From an uncultured Lentisphaerales bacterium (GTDB taxonomy: Bacteria; Verrucomicrobiota; Lentisphaeria; JABSQK01; JAJFLO01), in NCBI GenBank assembly GCA_964615975.1, contig CAZTTH010000008.1, forward strand, positions 13,814 through 77,813: a stretch of 64,000 bases of DNA, written 5' to 3'. A program made the position numbers and the translations under genes. The notes below the pieces were generated by a model. It made no database searches. It had not been told where the DNA came from and saw only the letters and a list, made by a program, of their open reading frames with translations. Positions 38,376 to 52,357 of this stretch are shown here, piece by piece; positions within the stretch are counted from its first letter, which is position 1, and the number at the start of each line of letters is the position of its first letter.

Positions 38376-39125
38376 ATGAGCGACAAAAATAATCAGACAG
38401 GAGATGAAGCCGCTATTTTGCGCCGGCTGGAAAGTTTGGAAACACAAATTACGCGCCATGACGATTTGCAGGTAAAGTTAAAATACATTTCATTGTCGGG
38501 TCTTTTTCTGGTACTCTTTTTCTTCCTGCTATTTGTGTATCGTCTGATCAACTATGTACGGCATTACGAGGTAAATATCTTGATTGACAATTTGCGGGCT
38601 CAGTCCATGGAAGTTGTAAAACCGGAAATAGAATTGTTTTTAAATGATCTTCGTTCTGATTTGTTGCCGACATTCTCGAAACAATTAACCGATGAATTTG
38701 ATAAACAAATGCCTTTGCTTAAAGATACGACGTTGGAATTGGGGCATCGGCTTGAAGAAAAAGTTCGTCTTCATGCTGAAGAGCGGTTAGTTGAATCAAT
38801 GATCACTGGTTTGGAGTCCAGCGAAAAGGAAATCCAGATCATTTTTCCGGCATTCACCGCCGAGAATTTGGAAAAACAAATCGGTCAATCCATGACTTAC
38901 TATGTCGACACTCTGCATGATTCGCTGGAAGAACGAATCGCGTACATCTCATCCAGCATCGAAACGCTTAAATCATCGATCATGGAACTGGGTAAATCTG
39001 ATGCCATGAAGGATCATGTTCCCACTACCAAGGAGCAGGCGGAAGCTCAAGTGTTGGATTCAATTCTCGATTTGGTTGTATATGAAATTAAACCCGAGCT
39101 CGGCGATGAACCGGTAAAAAAATAA
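38376..39125 (+). CDS. Hypothetical single-pass membrane protein with a coiled-coil/helical C-terminal domain
   Basis: N-terminal LESLETQI coiled segment, one TM helix (LSGLFLVLFFFLLFVY), then a helical domain. Confidence 0.5.
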   Translation: MSDKNNQTGDEAAILRRLESLETQITRHDDLQVKLKYISLSGLFLVLFFFLLFVYRLINYVRHYEVNILIDNLRAQSMEVVKPEIELFLNDLRSDLLPTFSKQLTDEFDKQMPLLKDTTLELGHRLEEKVRLHAEERLVESMITGLESSEKEIQIIFPAFTAENLEKQIGQSMTYYVDTLHDSLEERIAYISSSIETLKSSIMELGKSDAMKDHVPTTKEQAEAQVLDSILDLVVYEIKPELGDEPVKK

Positions 39126-39141
39126 TAGAAAGAGGTGAACC

Positions 39142-39951
39142 ATGAGTAAAATAGCGGATAAAATTTCGACTCTGGAAACGCTCCTGAATCAAAAGGAGAC
39201 AAAACTAAAGAAAAAGATCACCAACACCCTGATTATTTATGCGGTATTGGTTGCCGTCGTTGCTGGTTACACTCTGTGGATTGTCCCGAAACTCAAGGAA
39301 ATCACCAGCACCCAAGCCATGACAGAAATCATTTTAACTGAGGTTTCTGAGTTATTATCTAAAATGAGGACGAATTTTACTGATGAGGTGCACGCTAATT
39401 CGTCCGTCTGGGCAGTCGAAATAGTCAAGCAATCCATTGAAGCCATTCCTCAGGTGGAAGAGCCTCTCCTTGAAAAGGCGGATGCCATGATAGATTACCT
39501 GGCACAGCATTTGGAAAATCAGTTGATCCCCTCATTTACCGATTTTCTGCGTGAAAATTCAGTGGAATTACGCGAACGTTACGCTGAGTTCAAGGATGAG
39601 GAAATGATGCAGGGGCTATCGCTCATATTTGTGGAAACCATCGAAACCGAGATCGATCAATACTTAAATGATTATCTCATTAAGGAAATATCCCATTTGC
39701 GGAATCAGATCCGCCAGTTGAATCAGGGCAAGAAAATATTAACAAAAAGGGATGAGGCACAACGAAATTTAATCGTCTCATGGGTTTATCTGACGGAAAA
39801 TCATGCGGATGAAGGGTCAATATTGAGTGATTGTTTAAGCAGAGTAAAAGATCGTTGCATGAGTATGTTTACCATCGAGAATATGAATGTCAAGGAACTT
39901 ATGGAAGCCGAACCAGAGGATGTTGAAGGCGTTGGCGAAGTCTATGAATAA
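39142..39951 (+). CDS. Hypothetical single-pass membrane protein, divergent paralog of the preceding gene
   Basis: Same architecture (ISTLETLL, a TM helix, then LIPSFTDFL matching LLPTFSKQL). Confidence 0.5.
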   Translation: MSKIADKISTLETLLNQKETKLKKKITNTLIIYAVLVAVVAGYTLWIVPKLKEITSTQAMTEIILTEVSELLSKMRTNFTDEVHANSSVWAVEIVKQSIEAIPQVEEPLLEKADAMIDYLAQHLENQLIPSFTDFLRENSVELRERYAEFKDEEMMQGLSLIFVETIETEIDQYLNDYLIKEISHLRNQIRQLNQGKKILTKRDEAQRNLIVSWVYLTENHADEGSILSDCLSRVKDRCMSMFTIENMNVKELMEAEPEDVEGVGEVYE

Positions 39952-40122
39952 CAGAACATTCCCGGGCTGTGTCGTCAGATATCAGTTTAGTTAATTTGTT
40001 TACAACACGCGAATTCAATATGAGTATGATCGATAATGTCAATCTTAATACCACGACTGAGAAAGACATGTATCTGCATAGTGTTAGGGCATAGTTTTAT
40101 TGGCAATGTAAAAGTATGTGAA

Positions 40123-40158
40123 GGCGGAACCCATTCAGGGGGTTCCGCCTTCTTTTTG
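40123..40158 (+). terminator. Rho-independent terminator
   Basis: ggcggaaccc-attcag-gggttccgcc followed by ttcttttt. Confidence 0.7.
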
Positions 40159-40200
40159 TCGCCATACGCCACCCAGCTGATTCTCCCTGGTGAAAGTTCA

Positions 40201-41370
40201 TTGCCTGTTTCCGCTGAAAAATCATCTTCTTCATCCGCAACCCCAAACTGTTATCCCGAGTGGGCATTGGCACAGAGATCGAATGCGGATTCTTCTTTGC
40301 ATACTTCAAGTCCAGACCAAGGTGACGATGTTCTGTTTCAACGTTCGGTTACGATCTCAGATATTGAAGAGTATTTACAGGCATCCGATAATGCACTGGA
40401 TATTGGCTACGCGAACTTATTGATTGGCAAGGTGTTTGAACCACGCTTGAATGTCAAGAATTATCTTGATTTCATTGATAAGATGTTGGAGACCATAAAA
40501 GATAAATCAGGGCGAAGCAATAAACCGGAAACGGTCATCGCCGCTATCAATCAATGCTTTTATGAAGACCATCGTTTTACGGCAGTTATTGATCCATTTC
40601 CGGAGGATTTCCTGATCAATAATTTGGTGGATAATAAACAGGGAAGATGCATGTCGCTGGTGGCTCTTTATCTCGCTGTGGCGAAACGGCTAAAAGTACC
40701 GGTAGTGGCCTTATGCATACCCGAACATATATATGCTCGCTGGGAGATCGACAAAGGAGTCCGGAGGATTTTTTCCCGTGGACCGGATTACGTTAATATC
40801 GAAACGACCCTGAAAGGCAGTAATTATTCAGATAAGCATTATTTGGAGATGCTTGGATCCAACCCCGCGGAATTGCATGGGGAGTTCTACCTTCGCCCGT
40901 TGTCACCGAAGGAAACAATCGCGACTTATTTAAGCCCCTTAGGCAGCCTTCTGCGCGATCAAGGACGTTTGGATGAAGCGATTTCAGCGTGTCGGCTTGC
41001 GGTTAAAATTAATCCTGGAGATGCGGAAGCATGGAATAATCTGGGCATGTCTTATCGGCGCAAGGAGATGAAGGACCTGGCAATGACTTCCTACCAGAGA
41101 GCGGTGGAAGTATATCCTAGATTCGCCGAAGCCTGGCATAATATGGGAAGTATTCAGGATGAACACAGCAAGCGCATCGAATATTTTAAAAAAGCCATTA
41201 CCATTAAACCTCAATTTGTCGAAGCCTGGCGTAATCTGGTCATTGCTTATTATGAAAACCAGAATTATCAAATGGCCATGGCATGTGCTAATCAATGCCG
41301 CTCCCTCGGTTATGAATTACCTGGAGAATTGCTCAATAAAATCCAGCGGCATTTGAATGCGGCAAAATGA
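40201..41370 (+). CDS. Transglutaminase-like cysteine-protease-fold domain protein with C-terminal TPR repeats (start uncertain; TTG at 40201 proposed)
   Basis: Cys (RCMSLVALYLAVA) and His (IPEHIYARWE) typical of the transglutaminase-like core, plus 4-5 TPR repeats (AEAWNNLGMSY...). The track's ATG at 40036 lies upstream of an intrinsic terminator, so it is rejected. Confidence 0.5.
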   Translation: MPVSAEKSSSSSATPNCYPEWALAQRSNADSSLHTSSPDQGDDVLFQRSVTISDIEEYLQASDNALDIGYANLLIGKVFEPRLNVKNYLDFIDKMLETIKDKSGRSNKPETVIAAINQCFYEDHRFTAVIDPFPEDFLINNLVDNKQGRCMSLVALYLAVAKRLKVPVVALCIPEHIYARWEIDKGVRRIFSRGPDYVNIETTLKGSNYSDKHYLEMLGSNPAELHGEFYLRPLSPKETIATYLSPLGSLLRDQGRLDEAISACRLAVKINPGDAEAWNNLGMSYRRKEMKDLAMTSYQRAVEVYPRFAEAWHNMGSIQDEHSKRIEYFKKAITIKPQFVEAWRNLVIAYYENQNYQMAMACANQCRSLGYELPGELLNKIQRHLNAAK

Positions 41371-41594
41371 TTCCTTTCGTAGAACATGCTTGTAACAGGT
41401 ATACCGCAATGCATCAGTTGATGCTGCAGTGGAGTACGAACTAAATTGGTGTTGAATTAAAGATTGCATGAATTTCAACATAACGATCAAATTCCCAACA
41501 CTTTCTGCTCCGATAGTGACGATAATCAAGTTCTCTCGCATGCGGGTTCAATAAACGCGAAGAGAGCGTTAAACTTATATTAATCTTGAGAGAC

Positions 41595-42890
41595 ATGGCT
41601 GCAATTATTTTGAGAAATGGGCGGGTGGTCGATCCATACACCGGTAAGGATACCGTCCGCGATATTGGGATCTGCGGAAGCACCTTGGTATTGCCTCAAG
41701 AAATTGAATCAGATCCGCAGCTTCACACATTCGATCTTTCCGGTATGATCGTGGCGCCGGGACTGATTGATATACATGTGCATTTACGAGAACCTGGTTT
41801 TGCATATAAGGAGACAATTGCCACCGGCACCGCCGCGGCTGCCGCGGGAGGCTTTACCACAATTGTTGCCATGCCCAATACCAACCCCGCTATCGATACC
41901 ATCGCCCGGGTTACCGATTTGCAGCATCGCATTGATGAAAGCGCCCTCATCGCGACTCATATCACCGCATGCATCACCCGGGATCGCGCCGGCGAGGAAT
42001 TGACTGATATAGCGAGATTAAAACAACAAACCAAAATCGTCGCGTTATCCGATGACGGGGACTGTGTCCAGGATTATGGTCTGATGAAAGCAGCGGCACG
42101 GCTTGCCAGAGAAAATGATCTTCCAATCATGGATCATTGTGAAGATCATTTCCTTAGTAAAAACGGGGTAATGCGGGCCGGACCAATATCCCAAAGTATG
42201 CGTCTGCCTGGAATGCCAGGAGAAACCGAAAGCAATATCGTTGCCCGCAATATCCAATTGAGTCGGGAAACCGGTGCTCATTTCCACCAGCAACACCTGA
42301 GTTACAAGGAATCAGTTCGGCTTCTTCGTTGCGCTCGTCAGGAAGGATTGCCGGTTTCCGGTGAAGCTTCACCACATCATTTGACACTTACCCATGACCT
42401 GGTACCCATCCTGGGAACCAATGCCAAGATGAATCCACCGCTGGGGACTGAAGAGGATCGCCAGGCTTTGATCGCGGCAGTATTGGATGGCACGATCGAT
42501 ATCATTGCCACCGATCATGCTCCACACGCGTCTTGGGAAAAGGCGCGAGATTGGGGCGCGGCCCCCTTCGGCATCCTTGGTCTGGAAACTGCTTTACCAC
42601 TCGTCCTTACTGAACTTTATGGTAAACATCACATGGACTTGATGGCGTTGTTGTCGCGATTTACGCTAGGACCAGCCAATTTATTGCATCTGCCTAAAGA
42701 CGGTTTGATACCAGGTGCGCCCGCAAACCTGGTTATTTTTGACCTCACTCAATCATTCCCGCTGGATATTACAAACTCCCGGTCGCGCTCCCGAAATTCT
42801 CCCTTTCATCACAAACAGGTCATCGGTAAAATCATGGGGACCATGTCAAACGGCCGATGGGTCTACCAACATCAGGACTTTTCCTCCTAA
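41595..42890 (+). CDS. pyrC: Dihydroorotase (multifunctional-complex type)
   Basis: DIHVHLREPG metal-binding motif and ..IATDHAPH.. The ATG at 41595 is preferred over the TTG at 41586. Confidence 0.75.
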   Translation: MAAIILRNGRVVDPYTGKDTVRDIGICGSTLVLPQEIESDPQLHTFDLSGMIVAPGLIDIHVHLREPGFAYKETIATGTAAAAAGGFTTIVAMPNTNPAIDTIARVTDLQHRIDESALIATHITACITRDRAGEELTDIARLKQQTKIVALSDDGDCVQDYGLMKAAARLARENDLPIMDHCEDHFLSKNGVMRAGPISQSMRLPGMPGETESNIVARNIQLSRETGAHFHQQHLSYKESVRLLRCARQEGLPVSGEASPHHLTLTHDLVPILGTNAKMNPPLGTEEDRQALIAAVLDGTIDIIATDHAPHASWEKARDWGAAPFGILGLETALPLVLTELYGKHHMDLMALLSRFTLGPANLLHLPKDGLIPGAPANLVIFDLTQSFPLDITNSRSRSRNSPFHHKQVIGKIMGTMSNGRWVYQHQDFSS

Positions 42891-42950
42891 TTTTTGATGC
42901 ATTTTCATAAGCAAAATTAATTCTCTTTATTTCTCGTTGCCGGGGTATGA

Positions 42951-45701
<2,751 letters not shown>

Positions 45702-45819
45702 TTGGGAATTGTCTGGATGATAAATCCGCCCGATGGAATTATTATCCGGGGACGAATACAACATGATGATGCTTATATGTTCATAAGCGCATCTTTATCA
45801 AAGAGCGAAGCAATAATCT

Positions 45820-48405
45820 ATGGCTAACGAACCGGACCACAGCAAAGGCTATATTGACGTCAATATCGAAGATATCATGCATTCGGCATATCTGCAGTAT
45901 TCGCTGAGTGTCAATATCGGCCGCGCAATTCCCGATGTCCGTGATGGCTTGAAGCCCGGCAACCGCCGCATTCTCTACGCCATGCGGCAATTGGGACTTA
46001 CCCATACTCATGCCTATACCAAATGCGCCAAGGTTGTCGGGGAAGTAATTGGTAATTATCATCCGCATGGAGATCAATCGATTTATGATACCATGGTGCG
46101 CATGGCGCAGGATTTTTCCCAGCGTTATATGCTGATCGATGGGCAGGGAAATTTCGGCAGTATCGATGGCGATGCGGCGGCGGCATATCGCTATACGGAG
46201 TGTCGGCTGAAACGATTGGCGGAAGAATTGTTGACCGATTTGGATAAAGACACGGTTGAGATGATCCCTAATTTCGATGAGAGCCTGCTTGAACCAACCG
46301 TATTGCCTGCCGGTTTTCCCAATCTCCTGGTCAATGGCTCCACTGGTATTGGGGTTGGCATGGCCACCAATATTCCTCCTCACAATCTGGGAGAGGTTAT
46401 CGACGGCATTGTTAAATTGATCGATGAGCCGGCAACCACCTCCAAGGAATTAATGATGTTGATTCAAGGTCCGGACTTTCCCACCGGCGCCATGATTATC
46501 GGCCGTCAGCCAATCATTGATCTATACGAAACCGGACATGGGATCATCAAGGTGCGGGCTAAAGCGACCATTGATGAAACCGAAACTGGTCGTGAACGCA
46601 TTGTCGTTACTGAAATTCCCTATATGGTCAACAAGGAATCATTGCAAAAACGCATTGCTGAATTAGTCAATAAAAAAGTTATTCCCGGCATTTTCGCGAT
46701 GCGAGATGAATCGAGCAGCCGGACGGGGATTCGTCTGGTAATCGAAGTCAAGAACAACGAACGTGCGGATATCGTACTTAATCAGCTTTACAAGCATTCA
46801 CAATTACAGACCAGTTTTGGCGCCACATTCATGGTCGTCAGTAACAATCGTCCCGTGACCATGAATCTGTCGCAGTTGTTGCAGGCTTACATCGACCACC
46901 GCCTGGAAATCATTACTCGCCGCTCCCAATTCGAGCTGGAGAAAGCTCAGGCCAAAGCGCATATCCTTGAAGGACTGATCAAAGCTGTTGATAATATCGA
47001 TATTGTCATTGCCATTATCCGAAGTGCCAGGGATCGGGAGGACGCGGCCGGACAGTTGATTATCCGTTTTGAACTATCCCGCAAACAGACCATGGCAATC
47101 CTGGAAATGCGGCTCCATCAATTGACGAGCCTGGCACGGGAGGAGTTGATCAAGGATTACAATGAGACCATGTCGCGCATTGAGTATTTGAAAAGTCTGT
47201 TAGCCACCAAGGAATTGCGCATTGAGGTGGTTAAGCAGGAATTGATTGATATCAAAAATAAGTATTCCGATCCACGGCGCACTGAAATTATTGCTGCTGA
47301 AACCGATATCAACATCGAAGATCTTATTACCCGTTCAATCTGTGCCATCACAATTTCCAATACCGGTTACATCAAGCGCCTGCCTTTGGATGAATTCCGC
47401 GTTCAACGGCGCGGCGGTGTTGGCGTCAGTGTCATGCAGACCAAGGAAGATGACTTTGTCCGGCAGGTACTTTCAGCATGTACCCATGATTATATCATGT
47501 TCTTTACTAATAAAGGGTTAATGCATTGGCTCAAGGTTTATGAAATTCCAGAGGGGATGCGCGCGGCGCGCGGCAAGGCAATCGTCAATCTGGTGGGAGT
47601 TCAGCAGGATGAACAGATTCGTGCACTCATTACGGTTACAGAAGTCGATGTGGATGATCTGTTTATCATCCTTGCCACGCGGCGCGGGATTATCAAAAAG
47701 ATGAAATTGTCCCTGTTTCGCAAAATGCGAAAAAAAGGCATTATCGCTGTCACCCTCAAAGAGGGAGATGATGTGATCGATGTCCGCCTGGCTCGTCAGG
47801 ACGATCAAGTCATGCTCTTTACATCGTTGGGCAAGGTTTGCCGTTGTCCGATTCGTGAAATTCCCGTAAGATCCCGTATTGGTATTGGAGTGATCGGGAT
47901 TCGTTTGCGTGGCGGCGATGAGGTGGTGTCACTCCTGGTGGTAAATCCCGGCGATGAGATTTTAAATATTACCAGCAGGGGCATGGGGAAACGCAGTCAG
48001 ATCGGTTCGGGAATAAGCGAAGAAGACGCGGAAATTGGGGGTGGTTATCGCTTGACCCGCCGGGGCGGCACCGGGGTGCGTTCAATGTCATTGCGTGAAG
48101 GCGACCGGGTGATGGGAGCGTCGTTGGTGCAGGCTCATGATGAGTTGATGATTACCACCATGTATGGCAATATAGTCCGTATCAATACCGATGAAATTCG
48201 CACCATCGGGCGCTCTTCCAAAGGAGTCCGGCTCATCAATTTACGCGAAGGCGATACCGTCATGGGCATGGCCATTATCCAGCAGATGGATGATGAAGAT
48301 GGTCAGGGAACCAGTGAAGCCGGAGATGACCGCATTGCAGCCGCCTCCGTCCCGCCCGCGCTCCCCCCGGCGACCCCGGAATTGCCCGAACCGGATGAAG
48401 ATTAA
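45820..48405 (+). CDS. gyrA: DNA gyrase subunit A
   Basis: Active-site region ..AMRYTE(C)RL.., and GyrA-box-containing C-terminal repeats with an acidic tail. Confidence 0.85.
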   Translation: MANEPDHSKGYIDVNIEDIMHSAYLQYSLSVNIGRAIPDVRDGLKPGNRRILYAMRQLGLTHTHAYTKCAKVVGEVIGNYHPHGDQSIYDTMVRMAQDFSQRYMLIDGQGNFGSIDGDAAAAYRYTECRLKRLAEELLTDLDKDTVEMIPNFDESLLEPTVLPAGFPNLLVNGSTGIGVGMATNIPPHNLGEVIDGIVKLIDEPATTSKELMMLIQGPDFPTGAMIIGRQPIIDLYETGHGIIKVRAKATIDETETGRERIVVTEIPYMVNKESLQKRIAELVNKKVIPGIFAMRDESSSRTGIRLVIEVKNNERADIVLNQLYKHSQLQTSFGATFMVVSNNRPVTMNLSQLLQAYIDHRLEIITRRSQFELEKAQAKAHILEGLIKAVDNIDIVIAIIRSARDREDAAGQLIIRFELSRKQTMAILEMRLHQLTSLAREELIKDYNETMSRIEYLKSLLATKELRIEVVKQELIDIKNKYSDPRRTEIIAAETDINIEDLITRSICAITISNTGYIKRLPLDEFRVQRRGGVGVSVMQTKEDDFVRQVLSACTHDYIMFFTNKGLMHWLKVYEIPEGMRAARGKAIVNLVGVQQDEQIRALITVTEVDVDDLFIILATRRGIIKKMKLSLFRKMRKKGIIAVTLKEGDDVIDVRLARQDDQVMLFTSLGKVCRCPIREIPVRSRIGIGVIGIRLRGGDEVVSLLVVNPGDEILNITSRGMGKRSQIGSGISEEDAEIGGGYRLTRRGGTGVRSMSLREGDRVMGASLVQAHDELMITTMYGNIVRINTDEIRTIGRSSKGVRLINLREGDTVMGMAIIQQMDDEDGQGTSEAGDDRIAAASVPPALPPATPELPEPDED

Positions 48406-48410
48406 CCGCA

Positions 48411-50540
48411 TTATTTGGTGAGTGATTTTCTCTCCTCAAGATTGACAACAAGGGTTTTGGATAAATGCGTTGTCGCGGCCGCGGCAGGTTTGATGATCGA
48501 GGTGGTTTTGCTTTGAAATCGCTTCCACCATTGGCTGGCATCATCTTCACTCCAGGGAGTATTTAATTGCAGTCGTTCCAATTCGACCATCAACTCTTTC
48601 ACATTCGCAAATCTCATTTCTGGTTGCTTTTGCAGGCATTTCATAATCACGTTTTCCAGATCCTGGTCAAAGTGCTTCTTAAATCGTTGCGATGGGGGTA
48701 CCGGCGGAGTTGCGATGTGATGGCGGCAAATATCGACGACAGTCTTGGCGGTGAACACCTCCTGTCCGGTTACCAGCAGATAAGCGGTAGCGCCGAGGGA
48801 ATAGATATCGCTCCGGGGATCGATATTCTCGGGATTGAGGATGGTTTCCGGCGCCAGATATTGCGGGGTGCCGCTGATGATATCCAAGTCTCTTGATGAA
48901 TTACCGTTGTCATCCGATGTCGTCATGTTTTCCATCAGACCAAAGTCGAGAACCTTGATAAAATCGTAAATATTTCCACGTTTACCGATAATAATATTCG
49001 AGGGCTTGATATCGCGATGAACCAGTCCGATTTCATGTGCTTCGGACAGGGAGCCGCAGACTTGTTTGATCATATGAATAACCCGGCCGGGTGGCTGGGC
49101 GCCGTCGATTTGTACCAAGTCTTTCAGATTAACGCCATCCAGATATTCCATCGCGTAATAAAAAATTCCATCCGGAGTATGGCCGTAATCATAGATTTGA
49201 ATCGTGTTGGGATGAACCAGCCGGCTGGTTAGCTGAACCTCCTCTTCGAATCGCTTTATCATGGTCTGGGCGGCATTTCCGGGCAATAGCAGTTTTACCG
49301 CGGTGGGGCGACGCATGAATGCGTGTCGCGCCCGATAAACCGGTCCCATGCCGCCTTCACCAATTTTATATTCGAGTGTGTATTGCCCCAGTTGCCGGGT
49401 TTCCATTTCCGCGGCGTGAATTCTTCGTTGCAGCCTGGATGCCACAATTGAACATATCAGTGTGATACCGGTATAGGATGCCAGCAATCCAAATAATACG
49501 CAAAACAGTCGGCGCATGGTTTTCAATGATTGATAGGCTTCAGCGTACGCGGTTTCGGTGGCGACACCAAAGTCATAGTCATAGAGCCAGGTCCAGGCGC
49601 CGATTACCGGTACCCCCAGATAATTTCGATAACCGTCCACATTTATTCCGGAGTGACCGGACACCGCGCTGGCAGCCATTTCGGTCAATGGCAGATGAGA
49701 TCGCGGGCGGGCCGTTTTATATCCGCTTGTCACAGCGCTGCCGGGGTCGCGCAAATCCAGGTTGAGGACTGAGCTTGATTCGGTCATATCCATAAGCAAA
49801 TCAGCCCTTTTCAATTCGTCAATAAAGCGGCTTTCCGAAATCATTATTCCTTGCTTGTCGAAGGCGTAGGTTTCGCCGGATTCACCGGAACGGGCAACCG
49901 AGAGAATTCTGGTAAATTCGCTTTCCGGATGGAAGTGAAGTCCTAACACCGCGACAATTTGGCCCGCAGTGTCTTTTATTGGCGTTCCGACCACCATCGA
50001 CTTGGATTTTCCCGAGTCTGAGTGAGGAAAACGAGGTATAAACGGAGTGCTTACCAGGGTTCGACCTTCATTGAGAATGGGTTGAATACGATGCAATGCA
50101 ATTTCATCTAATTCTTGACCGATGACAAAGTCATTGCTGGCGGCAATAAAACCCCCATTTCTGCCGATGATGCTAAAACTAAAATACTCCATCCGCATCA
50201 ATTTGGGACTTAGGTAATCACGCAGTTGCTGGAGAGCTGTGTTTTGGATCAGGTGTTTATGATCCTTGCGTCCGGTATTTTGTAGCAATTGCGCGACCAA
50301 CTCGCGAACCAGAGGTTCATAGGCAATCGACTCGGCATTACGTTCCTGGCCTTGGTTCCAGATACGCAGTGCTTTGACATTGGCCCTTAATACATCATTT
50401 AGGTCCTTGGTGAGGATTTCCTGGGTTGCCTGTTTCATCAGATTGTCTGCCCGCCATCCAATTAAAATAATTGAGAGGCCGACAATGCTTGGAATCAGTA
50501 ATGACTCGATGCCCGTTAAAAAATGAAATTTTTTTATCAT
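48411..50540 (-). CDS. Membrane sensor Ser/Thr protein kinase (N-terminal TM helix + extracytoplasmic sensor + TM helix, C-terminal Hanks kinase)
   Basis: Kinase motifs GEGGMGPVY, VAVK-like AVKLL, HRDIKPSNIII and DFG. Confidence 0.75.
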   Translation of the reverse strand: MIKKFHFLTGIESLLIPSIVGLSIILIGWRADNLMKQATQEILTKDLNDVLRANVKALRIWNQGQERNAESIAYEPLVRELVAQLLQNTGRKDHKHLIQNTALQQLRDYLSPKLMRMEYFSFSIIGRNGGFIAASNDFVIGQELDEIALHRIQPILNEGRTLVSTPFIPRFPHSDSGKSKSMVVGTPIKDTAGQIVAVLGLHFHPESEFTRILSVARSGESGETYAFDKQGIMISESRFIDELKRADLLMDMTESSSVLNLDLRDPGSAVTSGYKTARPRSHLPLTEMAASAVSGHSGINVDGYRNYLGVPVIGAWTWLYDYDFGVATETAYAEAYQSLKTMRRLFCVLFGLLASYTGITLICSIVASRLQRRIHAAEMETRQLGQYTLEYKIGEGGMGPVYRARHAFMRRPTAVKLLLPGNAAQTMIKRFEEEVQLTSRLVHPNTIQIYDYGHTPDGIFYYAMEYLDGVNLKDLVQIDGAQPPGRVIHMIKQVCGSLSEAHEIGLVHRDIKPSNIIIGKRGNIYDFIKVLDFGLMENMTTSDDNGNSSRDLDIISGTPQYLAPETILNPENIDPRSDIYSLGATAYLLVTGQEVFTAKTVVDICRHHIATPPVPPSQRFKKHFDQDLENVIMKCLQKQPEMRFANVKELMVELERLQLNTPWSEDDASQWWKRFQSKTTSIIKPAAAATTHLSKTLVVNLEERKSLTK

Positions 50541-50826
50541 AACACAGATTAATCAATTAAATTTTCTCTACTGACAGTACTATATAACCTTGTGGTGATG
50601 GAAGTTACTGGGCTGGATGCCACGCAATACAAAAATGGACAAGCACGATAGTATTATTAATGTCATTATGGCCATGTCAAGATTAGTTATGATCGACCTG
50701 GTGTCCACGGTAGCGAGAGCAGCAGATTGGCACTACGATATGAGATTAATTGAATCCTCGCGATCCTGCAGGTATGATGTCGGTCGCAAGCCAATGAAAA
50801 AAACTTCATTATCACCAATATAAATC

Positions 50827-51576
50827 GTGTTGACTGAATCACACATACAACATAACCCATTTCAAATTACCATTGATGGTCCAGCTGCATCCGGGAAAAG
50901 CACTGCCGCCAGGATACTGGCAGGGAAGCTTGGCGTTTATTATATCAATACCGGTGAAATGTATCGGGCGGTTACCTGGTTCATTTTGCAGGCGGGAATC
51001 GATCCGGGTCATTCGCCGTCTCAAGTCATTGAACTATTGTCTCAACTCAATTTAAGTTTTCGCGTTAACACCAGTGGTAACGCAAGGGAAAATGGAATAC
51101 AACTCTACTTCAACGATCAACCTGTGGACATTCAAGCGATTCGTGATCCGGATGTGACGCGTTACGTCAGTCAGCTCGCTGCCATTTCTGAAGTTCGAGA
51201 GCGGCTGGTGAGCTATCAACGACAGGCAGCGCAATTGGGGACGATAGTCATGGAGGGACGGGATATTGGAACCGTGGTGTTTCCCGAGGCCAGGGTAAAA
51301 TTTTTTGTCACCGCCAGTCCGGAGGTTCGCGCGCGGCGCCGACTGGCACAATCCGGAGAAGTGAAGGAGGGCGCTACCCTGCAATCGGTTATTGATGATA
51401 TTACCCGTCGCGACCATCTTGATTGTACCCGTGCCATCGCTCCCTTGTGTCCGGCCGCGGATGCAGTGATCATCGATACGTCACAGCTTTCGCTGGCGAA
51501 AACCGTTGATGCGATGATTGCGCATCTCACCGATATAGGGATCTATGAGGATCGGTGTATTGCTCAGGATGAGTGA
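50827..51576 (+). CDS. cmk: Cytidylate kinase
   Basis: ITIDGPAASGKST P-loop. Non-ATG start (GTG at 50827). Confidence 0.75.
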   Translation: MLTESHIQHNPFQITIDGPAASGKSTAARILAGKLGVYYINTGEMYRAVTWFILQAGIDPGHSPSQVIELLSQLNLSFRVNTSGNARENGIQLYFNDQPVDIQAIRDPDVTRYVSQLAAISEVRERLVSYQRQAAQLGTIVMEGRDIGTVVFPEARVKFFVTASPEVRARRRLAQSGEVKEGATLQSVIDDITRRDHLDCTRAIAPLCPAADAVIIDTSQLSLAKTVDAMIAHLTDIGIYEDRCIAQDE

Positions 51577-52357
51577 AAAAGATTTTACTTTTCCAATTGC
51601 TTTGGAGACAGTCAATTTTTATAGTACCCAAGTCTACGGACGATGTGGGTGTTCATTATGAAAATAGCAATTGGGAAATATGGTGTAATTGGATCGTGAG
51701 TTATTCATGTATAGTTGTAATCGGTAATAAGGTATTAATGGGTATAATGGGAATAATTATGCTCTCTTTGGAATCGATTCAAATGTTGGTATTGAGGATG
51801 AGAAGGAGTATGGATTGCATAACTGAATGTGTTTTTAGGGCATTCATGCCTTTAAAGCGTTTGGTTTTTGAATTTCACAACGGATACAATTGTGTCTGCG
51901 ATATTGTGAATAATTGGCTTCGGTTGTTGTTGCTTCCACTTTATCAGGATGGGGGTAGAAATGCAGACTCCGAGTGGGCGGCGAAACCAGCTTTCGCCCA
52001 AAATGCTCACTTAGTGAAGTCCACCGTCTGTATTATCCCAATGGAGCAAAAATTTTGTTCCTGGGATGAAGGGTATTGGCAGCAACTGCAGCTTTGTCCA
52101 ATCGGTCATCCACGGTTATTTCCGGGGTAAATTGCCCCCTCTTAATCACCGCCACTTCTGCCAACTTTGTCTTCAACACGATCTTGCCTGTTGTTATTCT
52201 CCCAATCGGGTCATTAATAGTCCAACCTTCTCATCGTTCTTAAATGAATTGATTCATCGTCGTGATGACGAATGAAGAGGTAAGGATAATAAAATCGACA
52301 ACCCCTTCGGGGTATCCGTTAATCGATTATCCAAAGTATTTGGGAGGATGAATTAAC

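Noticed and set aside
40036-40200. Track start (ATG 40036) for the transglutaminase/TPR gene
   Set aside because: A clear intrinsic terminator (40123-40158) lies inside this N-terminal extension. The real start must be downstream; TTG 40201 with a GGTGA SD is proposed, at low confidence.
51573-52130. 185-aa ORF between cmk and rarA
   Set aside because: Trp/Cys-rich, with no recognisable family, non-protein-like composition and no SD. The region is treated as noncoding (see finding).
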